From: Cladosporium halotolerans
Taxonomy: Eukaryota
Length of the DNA: 64,000 nt
Assembly (NCBI RefSeq): GCF_011745625.1
Contig: NW_027191484.1
Coordinates: 62,001 to 126,000, forward strand
Reading direction: 5' to 3'
Below, piece by piece: positions 12,364-22,891 of the stretch. The first letter of the stretch is position 1; the number at the start of each line of letters is the position of its first letter. Position numbers and translations under genes: made by a program. The notes beneath the pieces were generated by a model. That model was not told the origin of the DNA. It made no database searches and worked only from the letters and a program-made list of their open reading frames with translations.

Positions 12364-13706
12364 ATGGCTGGCCCTGCCGAAGCCACCACCAATTTTACCA
12401 CGCCGTCGAGCTCCAATGCTGTGAATAAAGCACCGACTTCATCTCGTAAGTGGAACAGAGCTCTTCAAGAAAAGACGTTATGCATTCGAATCTGGAGGAG
12501 ATAAAGAATACTCAAATTAATAACTATCACTAGATCGCCTCCCCACCGTCTCAGCATCAGACGCATTTCGAGACCTCGAAGACAATGACGACAATGCCCC
12601 TAGCAACGCAAAGACAAATATCCCGGATCTCGATAATGCCCTCGGCGGTGGCTTTGAGTGCGGTAAAGTGACAGAACTCTGGGGTCCGCCAGGCGCAGGC
12701 AAGACAGCAATAGCGTACGCCACAATCCTCCTCCCACATCCCGGGAAAAGAAGACAAAGAATCCCGCCGCCACTGACACACCTTCCAGCCTCAGCGCCGC
12801 CTCCACAATCCTACAACAAGGCTCCGCCGTCGTCTGGATAGGTACCACCACCCTCCCTCCCTTCTCTTCCCTTACCCCTCCAACCCACTAACCCAAGCAA
12901 CAGACACCTCCCACCCCCTCTCCACCACCCGCTCCCTGACCCCTCTCCCCAACCCCTCCTTCCACCACCTGCACACCCCAACTCTATCCCACCTCCTCGC
13001 CCTCCTCCTCCACCCAACCCCTTCCTCACAAAAAACACAACCTTTCCCACCCCCCTCCACCCGCCTCTTGGTGCTAACGAACCCACACTCCCTCCTCGAA
13101 ACCTCCAACCCCCGTACCCCAGCGCCCTCCACCTCCGAAACCCACAAATGGGCCGCCGCCCGCCGCTACGCGCTCCTCGGCACGCTCGTCTCCGCTCTCA
13201 ACCGGCTCGCAGCTTCGCGCGGAATCGCAGTGGTCGTCACGACGGGCTGCGCGACGCGGGCGCTGCCGGGCGGGGGCCCGCTGGGGTTGGTTCCTGGTGT
13301 TGGGGGGAGGGAGTGGGAGGCGGGGGTTTGGGGAAGGGCGGTTGTGGGAAGGGAGGTTGGGGTGCCGGGGAGGTGGGTGTTGGTGGAGAAGGTTGGGGGT
13401 GTGGCGAGGGGGGGTGTGGTGGGGTTTGAGGTTGGGGAGGGAGGGGTTGCTGTTGGGGTTGAGAGGGAGACGGGGGAGACGGAGGGGAAAGAGGTGCTGG
13501 CTGCGGCTGTGGTGTCGAGTCCGGTTCGGGGGAGGAAGAGGGCTGCGGAGGAGATTGCGGATTCGGATGGGGAGGAGGAGGAGTTTGGGGGGTGGGCGGA
13601 GGAGGTTTTCGATGCTGTTGAGGGGGAGGGGGCGGGTGAGTCGGAGGTTCCGGCCGGTGAGGACGGTGCTGAAGAAGGCGGGAAGACGACGATCGTGCTC
13701 GATTGA
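12364..13706 (+). CDS. RAD55: RecA/Rad51 paralog, Rad55/Rhp55-like DNA repair protein, multi-exon
   Basis: RLPTVSASDAF, LDNALGGG..GKVTELWGPPGAGKTA (Walker A), VVWI/DTS, FHHLHTPTLSHLLALL, KWAAARRY; introns starting near 12446, 12715 and 12842. Confidence 0.75.
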
Positions 13707-13961
13707 TGAATAATTCCACAATCCGACGCGACCACGACAGCCTGCTGCCCACGAGCATTGAGCGCTCCAATCTTGAAACACATCTGCCAGGAAGGAGCAA
13801 GCCAGCAGCCTCACACTCCCTCCACCGCCTCTCTCCACGGCTCTCAACACTCAAACCTCGACCCCACGCTGCAATCCTCTCTGGCTACGCAGTTCGCTCA
13901 AAGATGTACCCAACCCACCAGACAATCCCAACGACCTGCCAGGAAAGAGATATTCCACTCC

Positions 13962-14073
13962 CACAACCGAGCGCGAAAGAGTCTCGACGCCAGAGGGCAA
14001 GAAGCGATTCCTGCAAGCACAACCGAGCCCGACAGAGTCTCGACGCCAGAGCGCAAGAAGCGATTCCTGCAAG
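13962..14073. repeat. 56-bp tandem direct repeat x2
   Basis: cacaaccgagc(g/c)cga(a/c)agagtctcgacgccagag(g/c)gcaagaagcgattcctgcaag at 13962 and 14018, 3 mismatches. Confidence 0.9.
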
Positions 14074-14430
14074 CAGAGGACACGCTCACGCCGGCTGCAG
14101 AAACAAACTCGCGACAGAAGCATAGGAAGCGAAAGGAGAAAACTGAGAACCGTACTTCAATCGATCGCCGCCTTTCATTCCATTTCATTTCATGTCATCT
14201 CATCCATCCCATTCCCCATTCGATCCGGTCCATTTCGTTCATCTCGTCATCAGAGCCAACCCACCCAACCACTATTCTACATACGGAAGACTTCATGCGG
14301 GGATTATCCATTCGGTGTATCATGTCGTTGTCCTCATCGCATCGCATCGCATTGCATCGCATCTCGTTCCAATTCATGAGCCAACCTCCCTTCGTTCTTT
14401 CTCTCAGTTCCTTCTTCACACCTCACATCT

Positions 14431-15967
14431 TCAACCCTGGAACAGCAACCCCGCCGCGTACTCGACATTCCCATCGCACGCATCGAGCGCCGCGACGGCC
14501 TCCTCGCGCGAAAAGCCCAGGTTGACCAGCTGCTCGACGTCCTCCTTCCTGTGCTCCTTGCCAGCCGGCGTCGCAGCCGCCTTCGAACTCGAACCGACCG
14601 CCTGCCCCTCGCCCTTGAAATTCCCCTTCCCGCTCCCCGACGACGGTCCCGCTTCCCCTTCCCGCTGCCTGACGGTGCCCGTCTCCGCGCCCAAGCTCGT
14701 CCCATTCGGCCCCGGGACCGTCGGCTCGCTGGCCTGCGCCTCCTCCAATCCCTTGGGGATATCCGCCTCGCCCAGGAAGGGGACCTCGTTGCCCATGCCG
14801 AAGATGAGCCTGTTCTGCGCGAGGTCGATGACGGCCTGGAAGCGCTTGAGCATGTCGAGCCCGAGCAGCAGGTCGACGTCCTTGCCCTCCATGACGGTGA
14901 AGGAGCAGGGCATGACGGCGGCGCCGATCTTGATGTCGGCCGAGTGCACGCGGCCGAGGATGGTGGCGGTGCCGACGCCGCGCGCGACGCCGCTGTAGCG
15001 CCGGTCGATGAGGCGCATGATGCCGCAGGCTTCGGCGCACGAGGGCGACATGATGGTTGTTTGGGCGCCGGAGTCGACGAAGGCTTTGACGGGGTGTCGG
15101 TTGACTTCGACGTTGATGTAGAGCATTGTCACGCGGCCGAAGACTGGGAGGTGGGTGCGTTAGTTGGGGTGGGGTGTGGTACGTAGGTGTTGAAGGTCAG
15201 GGTAGCATACCTTCCGGATTGTGCTCGTAGGCGTGCTGCAGGTTGTCCTGCACCGATTGCTGGCGGATCATCTCCTCGATCTTCTTCTGGGCCTCGACGT
15301 TGAAGGGATCTTCGTTGAGGAGGCGCATTTGCTCGAGGCGCTCGCTCTCGCGGCGCTCGTCCTCGCGCAGCATTTCCAGCCAGACTTCGCGGAAGCGGTT
15401 GCTGTCGTTGATCGCCTCGGCGAGGGCGGGTCGCTGTTCTCGGACTTGCGCCATGGCGTTGGCGTTGCCTAGTATGCTCAACCGTGTGCGCTCGATGTCG
15501 CCTTGCGATCCTTGCTGTTGCCTGTGCTGTGCTCCCATGTTGTTGTTCTGCTGTTGGCGCTGTTGCTGCTGCTGCTGCTGCTGCTGTTGCTGTTGTTGCT
15601 GAGGTGATCTTGTCAACAGCACCAGCATATCCCCATCCTTGACTCCGGCCTCTTCCAATGTTTTCGTGTCAGGCTGTAGGACAGCGTTGTTCAGGTAGAA
15701 TTGTTGTTGTTCTTGAGGGAATTCGGTCTCGGCGTTGGTGAAGGCTTTCAGGTCGGCGATGGTGAGGCCGGGAGGGAGGTCGAGGTTGAGGAGCTCCTGG
15801 TCGAGCTTGTGGTTGGGAGCGATGATAGATATGGTGACTCGCGGCCTGGGCGGGACAAAGAGGTCGGGGTCAGCATGTCTGTTGCCGTAACACAGGACGG
15901 GTGTGAGGGTGAGACGGCGGGCCGCGGTGGGCGGACGAGGGAGTTGGGAGTTTGATTGTACTCACAT
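14431..15967 (-). CDS. DDI1: DNA damage-inducible protein 1 (UBL + retroviral-like aspartyl protease + UBA)
   Basis: UBL-like N-terminus, [52 protein letters not shown] tail [30 protein letters not shown]; introns 15846-15965 and ~15144-15210. Confidence 0.95.
15541..15602 (-). repeat. CAG/CAA microsatellite encoding polyQ in DDI1
   Basis: (tgc/tgt)n on the + strand, translating to [22 protein letters not shown]. Confidence 0.9.
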
Positions 15968-17427
15968 TCTGGCGGTTGTCTGGGATGTCGGTTGGGCGGA
16001 GGTGCCGGGTATGGGTGGTGTGTGCCTTGCGTGGTGGATAGCTCGTATGCAGGTCGCTCGAAGCAGAAGGCGTTGCAGCGGAGGTGACAGGTCGCGAGTG
16101 GGATGCCGACGTTGGCGAGAGTGACACCCGGCGTGAGGTGATGGATGCGGTCTATGGGGGTGGAGACGGGAGGGAAAGCTTAGGCAGGAGGTCGGCGTTT
16201 GCGCGATGTTTGTGCCTGCGGGTGGAAGAGTTGGGATGGTGATGGACGGAAGAGGTGGACTGGACTCGGATGCGGATGCAGATGCTACGGTTGGGGCATG
16301 ACTAAGACGGCGGCACTGGAGGCGAAGGCGGTGGAAGCAGCACGAAGAGGGCGAAGGGTGGTGGCCCTGGTGGGGGAGTGAATGACGGGTGGATGGTTGG
16401 ATGGAGGGAAGACGGAGGGGAGGGCGGCGGGCGGCGGGCGGCGATATCTCTGCCTCCGCCCTCGTCGACGGCGCGGCGGGCGAGGGTCAGTCTACGGCGG
16501 CAGGCGCTGGCATGGGCGCGTCAAGAGGCGGTCAAATGCTGGCCGTCGGTTGCGTGTGTGTGCGTGTGTCGTGGCAACCGGGTGCGCGGTGCCTGCTGGC
16601 CTGCATGCGCGGATAGCAGCAGGTCGCGGCGTCTTCCCGGCCTCACTGCCTAAGGTACTGGTGAGATGCCTGTCTTCTAAGGTACGCGCAGTAGTAAGCA
16701 GCACATACAGCCAGTACATACATACAGCAAGACACGCCCGGCCCTGCCCTGCCCTGCCATGTGCCTGTCGCCGCCTGCAGCCCCCACCGACGGGCCGCGC
16801 CTCGCCTGTTGCTGGTGGTGGCCCGCCTCGCTTTGGCGCTGCTGCTGCTGCTGCTGCTGCTTGACACCTCAACCCCGCCTGAGGCTGCCACCACTGCTTG
16901 ACCCCCCGCCTGAGGCTGCCACTGCTTTGCTTGACCCCCCGCCATCGTCATCGAGGCCCGCCGGCAGCTCCAGCAGCTCCATCTCCATCTGCGATCTTCC
17001 ATTCCACCCGCCAAAGCTCACAAGAGAATCGCCCGGGGCAGCACTTCGGGGGCTCAAACCACCTCCCCGGACGCGGCGACATGTCCCGGCACATCGATGC
17101 CATCCGCTGACGCCATCCGCCGCTGCGTGCGCCGGCGTGCAGTGCAGCGCATGTCGTGCGTCGGTAAAGCGTCCGCGCTGCTGCCTCTCGCCCTGTCGTG
17201 TCCCTTCTGCACCCTTCTGGCGGAGCTGCCGCTAGCAGCCCCGTCCCTCCAAACGTCACTCGCCATCGCTGCACCATACCAGCCCACTTGTGTGACATTG
17301 GGCCTCCAACAGCCCACAAATTCGCCCGTCGCCCACCGTTGATCATCAAACACTCAGTGCCAGCGACTGCTGCGTGCTTCACCTCCCCCGCCACGACCAT
17401 TAAGCTCCGCCCCCGCATCTGCACACC

Positions 17428-18666
17428 ATGCCTCGTGACCTGACCTCCTTCGTCAAAGAAGACGCCCTCTCCGATATGAGCCCTCTCGGCCGCTCCGAAC
17501 AGCACCAGGATCAACAACCGACCCAGCAGGATCCTCCCGGATCCCAAGACGAGCCCCCGATGATGTTCAGGGACAGCATCCAGGCCAAGGGCAACCAGGA
17601 ACGCGACGAGCTGCACCCGTACACCCAGACCCTCACCTTGAGCGACGTCGACTCTTGTGTCATACTGGAAGAAGCCGCCTTCCCGCCTCACGAGCGCGCC
17701 ACCAAGGAGAAGGTAAGCCAACCGATCTCGTACCTCGTTTCAGGTTATCAACCAATCCTGCAGAACTCTGCCACATCACCCTTTTAACGTCGTGCCTGCC
17801 GGTTTCACTCCATGCTCGCTGCTGCATGCGCTGGCCTTTTAAGCTGTGCTTCTTCGCCTGACGTCCAGCCATGCCTGTTCGGGAAAGTGCACGTGATGGC
17901 CCTCGCAGACCTCACTCTGCTTCGGGCCACCACACCTCCAGCTCATGTCCTTCGCCATGCAAGCTTCCCTCGCCAGCGTACCGATCCCATCGGCTCGCTC
18001 CCCGCCCTGTCACACCCTGCGTTTCCGCCCGAGCGCTCATCTGTCAATCCAGACGTGCACACCACATGCATTCAATAATCCATCCGCGAAACCAACCATA
18101 TCCAAACGCGCATCCGAAGAAAACTAACCCAACCCTCCCAGTTCCGCTACCGCCTAGGCAAATGCTCCGAGCTCTCCCTTGGCATCTTCACCTCGCACGA
18201 AGGCACCGACATCCCCACCGCCGCCACCTCGCAGCCCGTCTACAGCGGCGCCCCGCACCGCAAAGCCGTCCTGCTCGGCCACATCGTCGCCACCAAGACG
18301 ACCAACGCCATCGTCTCCGACTCCGACATGGCGCTGCCCTCCGACGACCCCGCCAACCCGGCCCTCGGCAACAAGCAAGAAGGCCGCACTGTCGCCATCC
18401 ACTCGCTCGCCGTTCTCCCGCAGTTCCAGCGCAAGGGCCTCGGCTCGACGCTGTTGAAGGCCTACCTCGACCGCCTGGCGAAGCAGGACGTCGCGGACCG
18501 CGCGGCACTGATCGCGCACGAGGATATGATTCCCTACTACGAGAAGTTTGGGTTTAAGAACAGGGGAAAGAGCGCGGCGCAGTTTGGGGGTGGCGGGTGG
18601 TTTGATATGGTCAAGGAGGTGACGCTGGAGGATGAAGGGGATGGTTTGATATGGTCAAGGAGGTGA
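17428..18666 (+). CDS. GNAT acetyltransferase (polyamine/arylalkylamine N-acetyltransferase, Paa1-like), 2 exons
   Basis: LEEAAFPPHERATKEK|FRYRL, IHSLAVLPQFQRKGLGSTLL, YYEKFGF..G.S..QFGGGGWFDM; intron 17713-18141. Confidence 0.9.
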
Positions 18667-18685
18667 CGCTGGAGGATGAAGGGGA
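18598..18685. repeat. Perfect 44-bp tandem duplication at GNAT 3' end
   Basis: tggtttgatatggtcaaggaggtgacgctggaggatgaagggga at 18598 and 18642. Confidence 0.9.
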
Positions 18686-18842
18686 TTCGTGAGGTTTGTT
18701 CGTTTTATTAGCGTATCTAGCCGATTCTTCAGCTTCGTTTCGAATGCATTCTCCTACTCTCCGAGCAGATATTCCCGAAGTCTTTTTCAAACCTCTTCCC
18801 TACATTTTCATCCCACCTTTCCCCCACCTCTCCTCAACCCCT

Positions 18843-20411
18843 TCACTCATCAACCATCAAATCAACCCCCACCCCCCTCAGCGCCTCGACCGCCCACTCC
18901 GGATACCGCCCCTTATCCCCCCCATACATCTCCGCAAAATACCCCCTCAAAAACCCCGGAAACACATCCCGCACCACCGCCTCCCGCACCCTCCCCATCA
19001 ACCCCAGCAAAAACCAAACATTGTGCACGCTCAGCAAATGCGCCCCCGCCGTCTCCTTCGCCGCCGTGTGGAACACAAACGCCCGCGTGACCCCCAGCCC
19101 GCCCTCCGCCGGCGCCCGGCAGCAAACGCACCCGCACCCTGCCTCGATCGGCCGGAAATCCTCCGCGAAGCTCTGGTGCCGCAGGTTCAGCGTCCCGCGC
19201 GCCGTCACCGCGTTGCCGAACCGCGCCGTCCGCGTCGGCCACACGCAGTCGAACATGTCCGCCCCCAGCGCCACGGACACCACCAGGTCGTCGGGGAAGC
19301 CGACGCCCATCACGTAGCGGGGTTTGGTCTCCGGGAGGAGCTCCGTGACGGCGGAGACGACGGCGCAGAAGGAGGATTTGGCTTCGCCGCCGGAGAGGCC
19401 GCCGATGGCGATGCCGGGGGTGTTGCGCGCGAGCATTTCCTGCGTGCACTGGCGGCGAAGCGGGAGCGAGAGCCCGCCTTGGATGATGCAGAAGAGGGCT
19501 TGGGTTGAGGGGTTGCGGTGGGCGGCGATGCAGCGGTCGAGCCAGCGGATGGAGCGGGCGGTTGCGGAGGTTATGCGTGCGTGGTCGGGGGAGGTGGTGG
19601 CGATTACGTCGTCGAGCTGCATGATTATGTCGCTGCCGATGGAGTTTTGGAGGGAGATGGAGTGTTCGGGGGTGAGGAGCCTGGGGTTTGGGGGGTTAGT
19701 GGTGGGTTTGTTTGGGGAGGGGGAGGGGAGGAGGAGGGTTACATGGGGGATTTGTCGTGCGGGCTGAGGAAGCGCACGCCTTCTTCTGTTACTTGGGCCA
19801 GTTGGAGGAGGGAGACCATTTGGAAGCTGGAGGGTGTTCGTTAGTTGGCTTGTCGTTCTGCGAGAGTTTGCTATTTTCGATCGACGAAAGGGAGACGTAC
19901 CCTCCACTATCTGTATCACCAAGTCAGCCTCAAATCCACAAAACCACCAAGCAAGCAACTCAATTACCTGTCAAAATATTATGCTCCCACCCCTGCAACT
20001 TGTGCGCGCCGCCGATGGCATCCAGCGTCTTCTGCCCCGGCTTCAAACCCCTTCACATCATTCGGTCGTCAGCAAAACTCCAAAACCAATCCCGAACGAG
20101 TCAGGAATTCCACGTACAAATGATAAGTATTGTTCAAACAAAGCCTACACCCCGTCTCCTCCAGCTGCTTGGGCGTCAACCCTTTCAGCGACGCCTGCGT
20201 CGCGACCGGCATGAAAATCGGCAGCGGCACGGGGCCATGCGTGAGGTGCAGCGTTGCTGCTCGCGCGCGGGTCGTCTTTGTAGCATCGTCATTAGTCTCG
20301 CTTCTTGAGGTTGAGTACGGATATGGATTCTGGACTCACCGAGCATTTTGCCAACAGCTCGTAGCGCAGCGCTGAGGTGCCTGGCGGGGGCATGGGATCG
20401 TGCGAGGGCAT
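18843..20411 (-). CDS. QTRT1: Queuine tRNA-ribosyltransferase catalytic subunit (tRNA-guanine transglycosylase), multi-exon
   Basis: [85 protein letters not shown] zinc site, HN. Confidence 0.92.
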
Positions 20412-20952
20412 GGCTGGAAGTTTTTGGGCGCGTTTGGCTGGCTGCTATGGATTGGAGTTGGATCGCGGGGGCGGGAGGTTTGGTGGCGTGGGATGGGTGA
20501 GGGCGGTTCCCGCTTTGGGAGGGGGGTCAAACGCCGAGGGGGCAGAGGTGGTGTTGCGGGAGGGAAAACACCGCCCTGATGGAAAAGAAACAGGTACTTA
20601 GACGTGTTGGACGAGTCGCGTTGATTTCGATAGGTGGAATGATTGTTGGTCCATGGGCGACTTGCTACATTGGGCGGAGGATACACATTCTTAATCTCAT
20701 GAAATTAGTGATTGACATTCATTTATATTTCATAGATTGATCACGAAACGATCTCGAACGCCCCTGCTTCTCATTCTCTGCACATGAGACCCATGTAAGG
20801 TAGTCTAATGCCATGGAAACGTCTCACGTTCTTGTCCTGAAAGCTGGGACGGTCTTGTTATGATCACTTGCTTTGCTGTGGCGGCGAACAATGCCTGCGC
20901 ACGAGAGAAAGTCCAATTGATGTATCGTAATCTAGACAAAACAATTCGAAAT

Positions 20953-21991
20953 CTAAACGACCGCCCAGAGAGGCATGGGCAACTCGCTCTTGATAAGGCT
21001 GGGCCTCCTTGTTGTCGGATCTTCCTTGAGACCAACATACGCCTCCCTTCGCCCATCTGTCGTAACAGACCAGGTCTTCAGCCCGTAGTAAATAGCGATG
21101 GCATGTACGAGATAGCGTCTGGCAAACAGTCAGCAAGAAGCACTCACAACCACAGCACAAGACAACCCACCCAAAACTCGCCCCATGATCATCAATCAAG
21201 CTCTGGAAAATAAGCTTATCCTTCCTCAACGTCCCGTCCTCCCTCTCCCGCCTCTTCTCATCGCTCATAGCCCCATTCCTTCCCACAAACACGATCTCCT
21301 CGTCCTCGCTATCCGTCTCCTCAATCAACCCCTCGCTCTCCAACTGCCTCTGTTTCCCCTCCCACTGCTCGACAAACCCCCTCACCTCCCGCTCCAAATC
21401 CTGCAACAGCCCCTTCGCCCCCTGCGCCCGCTTGAGCTTCGCCTTCAAATCCCTCGCCACCTTCTGCGCCGCCGCCTCCTCTTTGCTCGCGGGCTGCGCG
21501 CGCTCCACCGCCGCCGCGTTGCGCGCCGCCGCCCGCCGCGCGAACTCCGTGTCCCACAGCGGCGCGAGGAAGTACGGCACGGCCTGCGCGTTGTGCGTCG
21601 GGCACACCTCCCAGTCGCTCGGGAGCGGCGGCTCGGCGTGCGGGTTGCTCAGCAGGCGGTCGTTCTCCCAGCGCTGGCGCCGCCGCGAGCCCTCTTTGCC
21701 CTTGAGCAGCGCGTTGCGCCGGTTCTGGCTGTCGCGGCGGATGGGCTCGCGCCGCTTGTAGACGGTGTGCGAGGGCTCGGGGCGGCGGGTTGGAGGGGAG
21801 GCGGGCTTGAGGAGGTCGGAGGGGGAGTCGTCGAGAGGGATGTCGAGGGTTACGTTGCGGTTGCGGGCGGGGCGCGGGGTCGAGATGGAGGCGGCGCTGA
21901 GGACGTCGGCGGCTTGTTCGACGGTCCAGGCTTCGATGCGCGAGTGTGCGTCGTCGTGATCGTTGGGTAGTGGGGTGGCGTGGGAGGCCAT
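20953..21991 (-). CDS. R3H-associated N-terminal domain protein, 2 exons
   Basis: GKEGSRRRQRWENDRLL..PPLPSDWEV; second exon reads RYLVHAIAIYYGLKTWS..RREAYVG..LPMPLWAVV*. Confidence 0.75.
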
Positions 21992-22891
21992 GGTGATGGT
22001 GGGGTTTTGCGCTGAGGCTTGCGATGGGTGGGTGGACGGAGCAGCGAAGGTTTATACGCGATCTGAGCGATCTATTTGCTGAACGATGTAGCGACAAACA
22101 AACAGATTGAAAGGACTGTGTGGTGGTGCAGGCAGAGACAGAAGGGAGACGCGGCGCGGGATGCGATGGAGCAGTCATGACGGGCTGAACATCATCGCCG
22201 CCTGCGCCATCTGGCCCGCATCGGAAGGGTCCTTGCAGCGATCCTTTATCGGGCCAATGAGGAAAGCAGGATTCATCACAAGGGGTGTGACGGGAGATGC
22301 TGATCAGGTCACAGGAGCTGGTGAGTAGGCCTCGGCATGCTCAAAGCCGTATAATGTTCACGCATTCGTGCTGTATCCCATATCGTTTCGTGTGAGCTCG
22401 TAGACTTGATGTTGGGACGAAATGCAGGCATCCGTATTTGAAAGCTCTCGACAGCCTGGTGGACGAAACGCTGAGCGATCGTGCTTCGTCCGGTAGAAGG
22501 TCGCTGGGGCTGGCGCGTAAACGTAGCTGTCAAAACGATTACATCGAAGCAGTTGGTGATGCTGTCTCCAAATAAATGTCGAGGGTGGACGAGAAAGAGC
22601 TCTGAAAGTGAAGAGGCGCACTGGCTGCTGTGCACTTGATCTCGGAAGTGCAGAAGCGTGACCCCGCGCGCGTTTCGTGTCGGCGAGCAGCCAGCGCGAC
22701 TCGATGATCACCGGCGCTTCAAGAATCGACCCTCGAGTTTCCTTGACCTGGCACTCGACTGCACTCTTGCTAAAAAAGGATACACAAGCTCCGCTAAGTT
22801 CACTCTTCGCATCTCAAAGTCGCCCGTGATGCTGGGATAAAGGACCATCCCACAACCTCGACCCCCCGAGCCTGCAAGGCCGAAAGGAGAA

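Noticed and set aside
13074..13854. Pro-rich or Gly-rich ORFs resembling extensins or collagens (also 18689-19508, 21185-21970)
   Set aside because: Artefacts of the C/G-skewed blocks overlapping RAD55, TGT and the R3H gene.
16738..16943. (GCCCT)n, (GCT)n and a ~31-bp imperfect duplication; poly-Cys/Ala/Ser ORFs
   Set aside because: Simple intergenic microsatellites in the DDI1-GNAT divergent region; no coding evidence.
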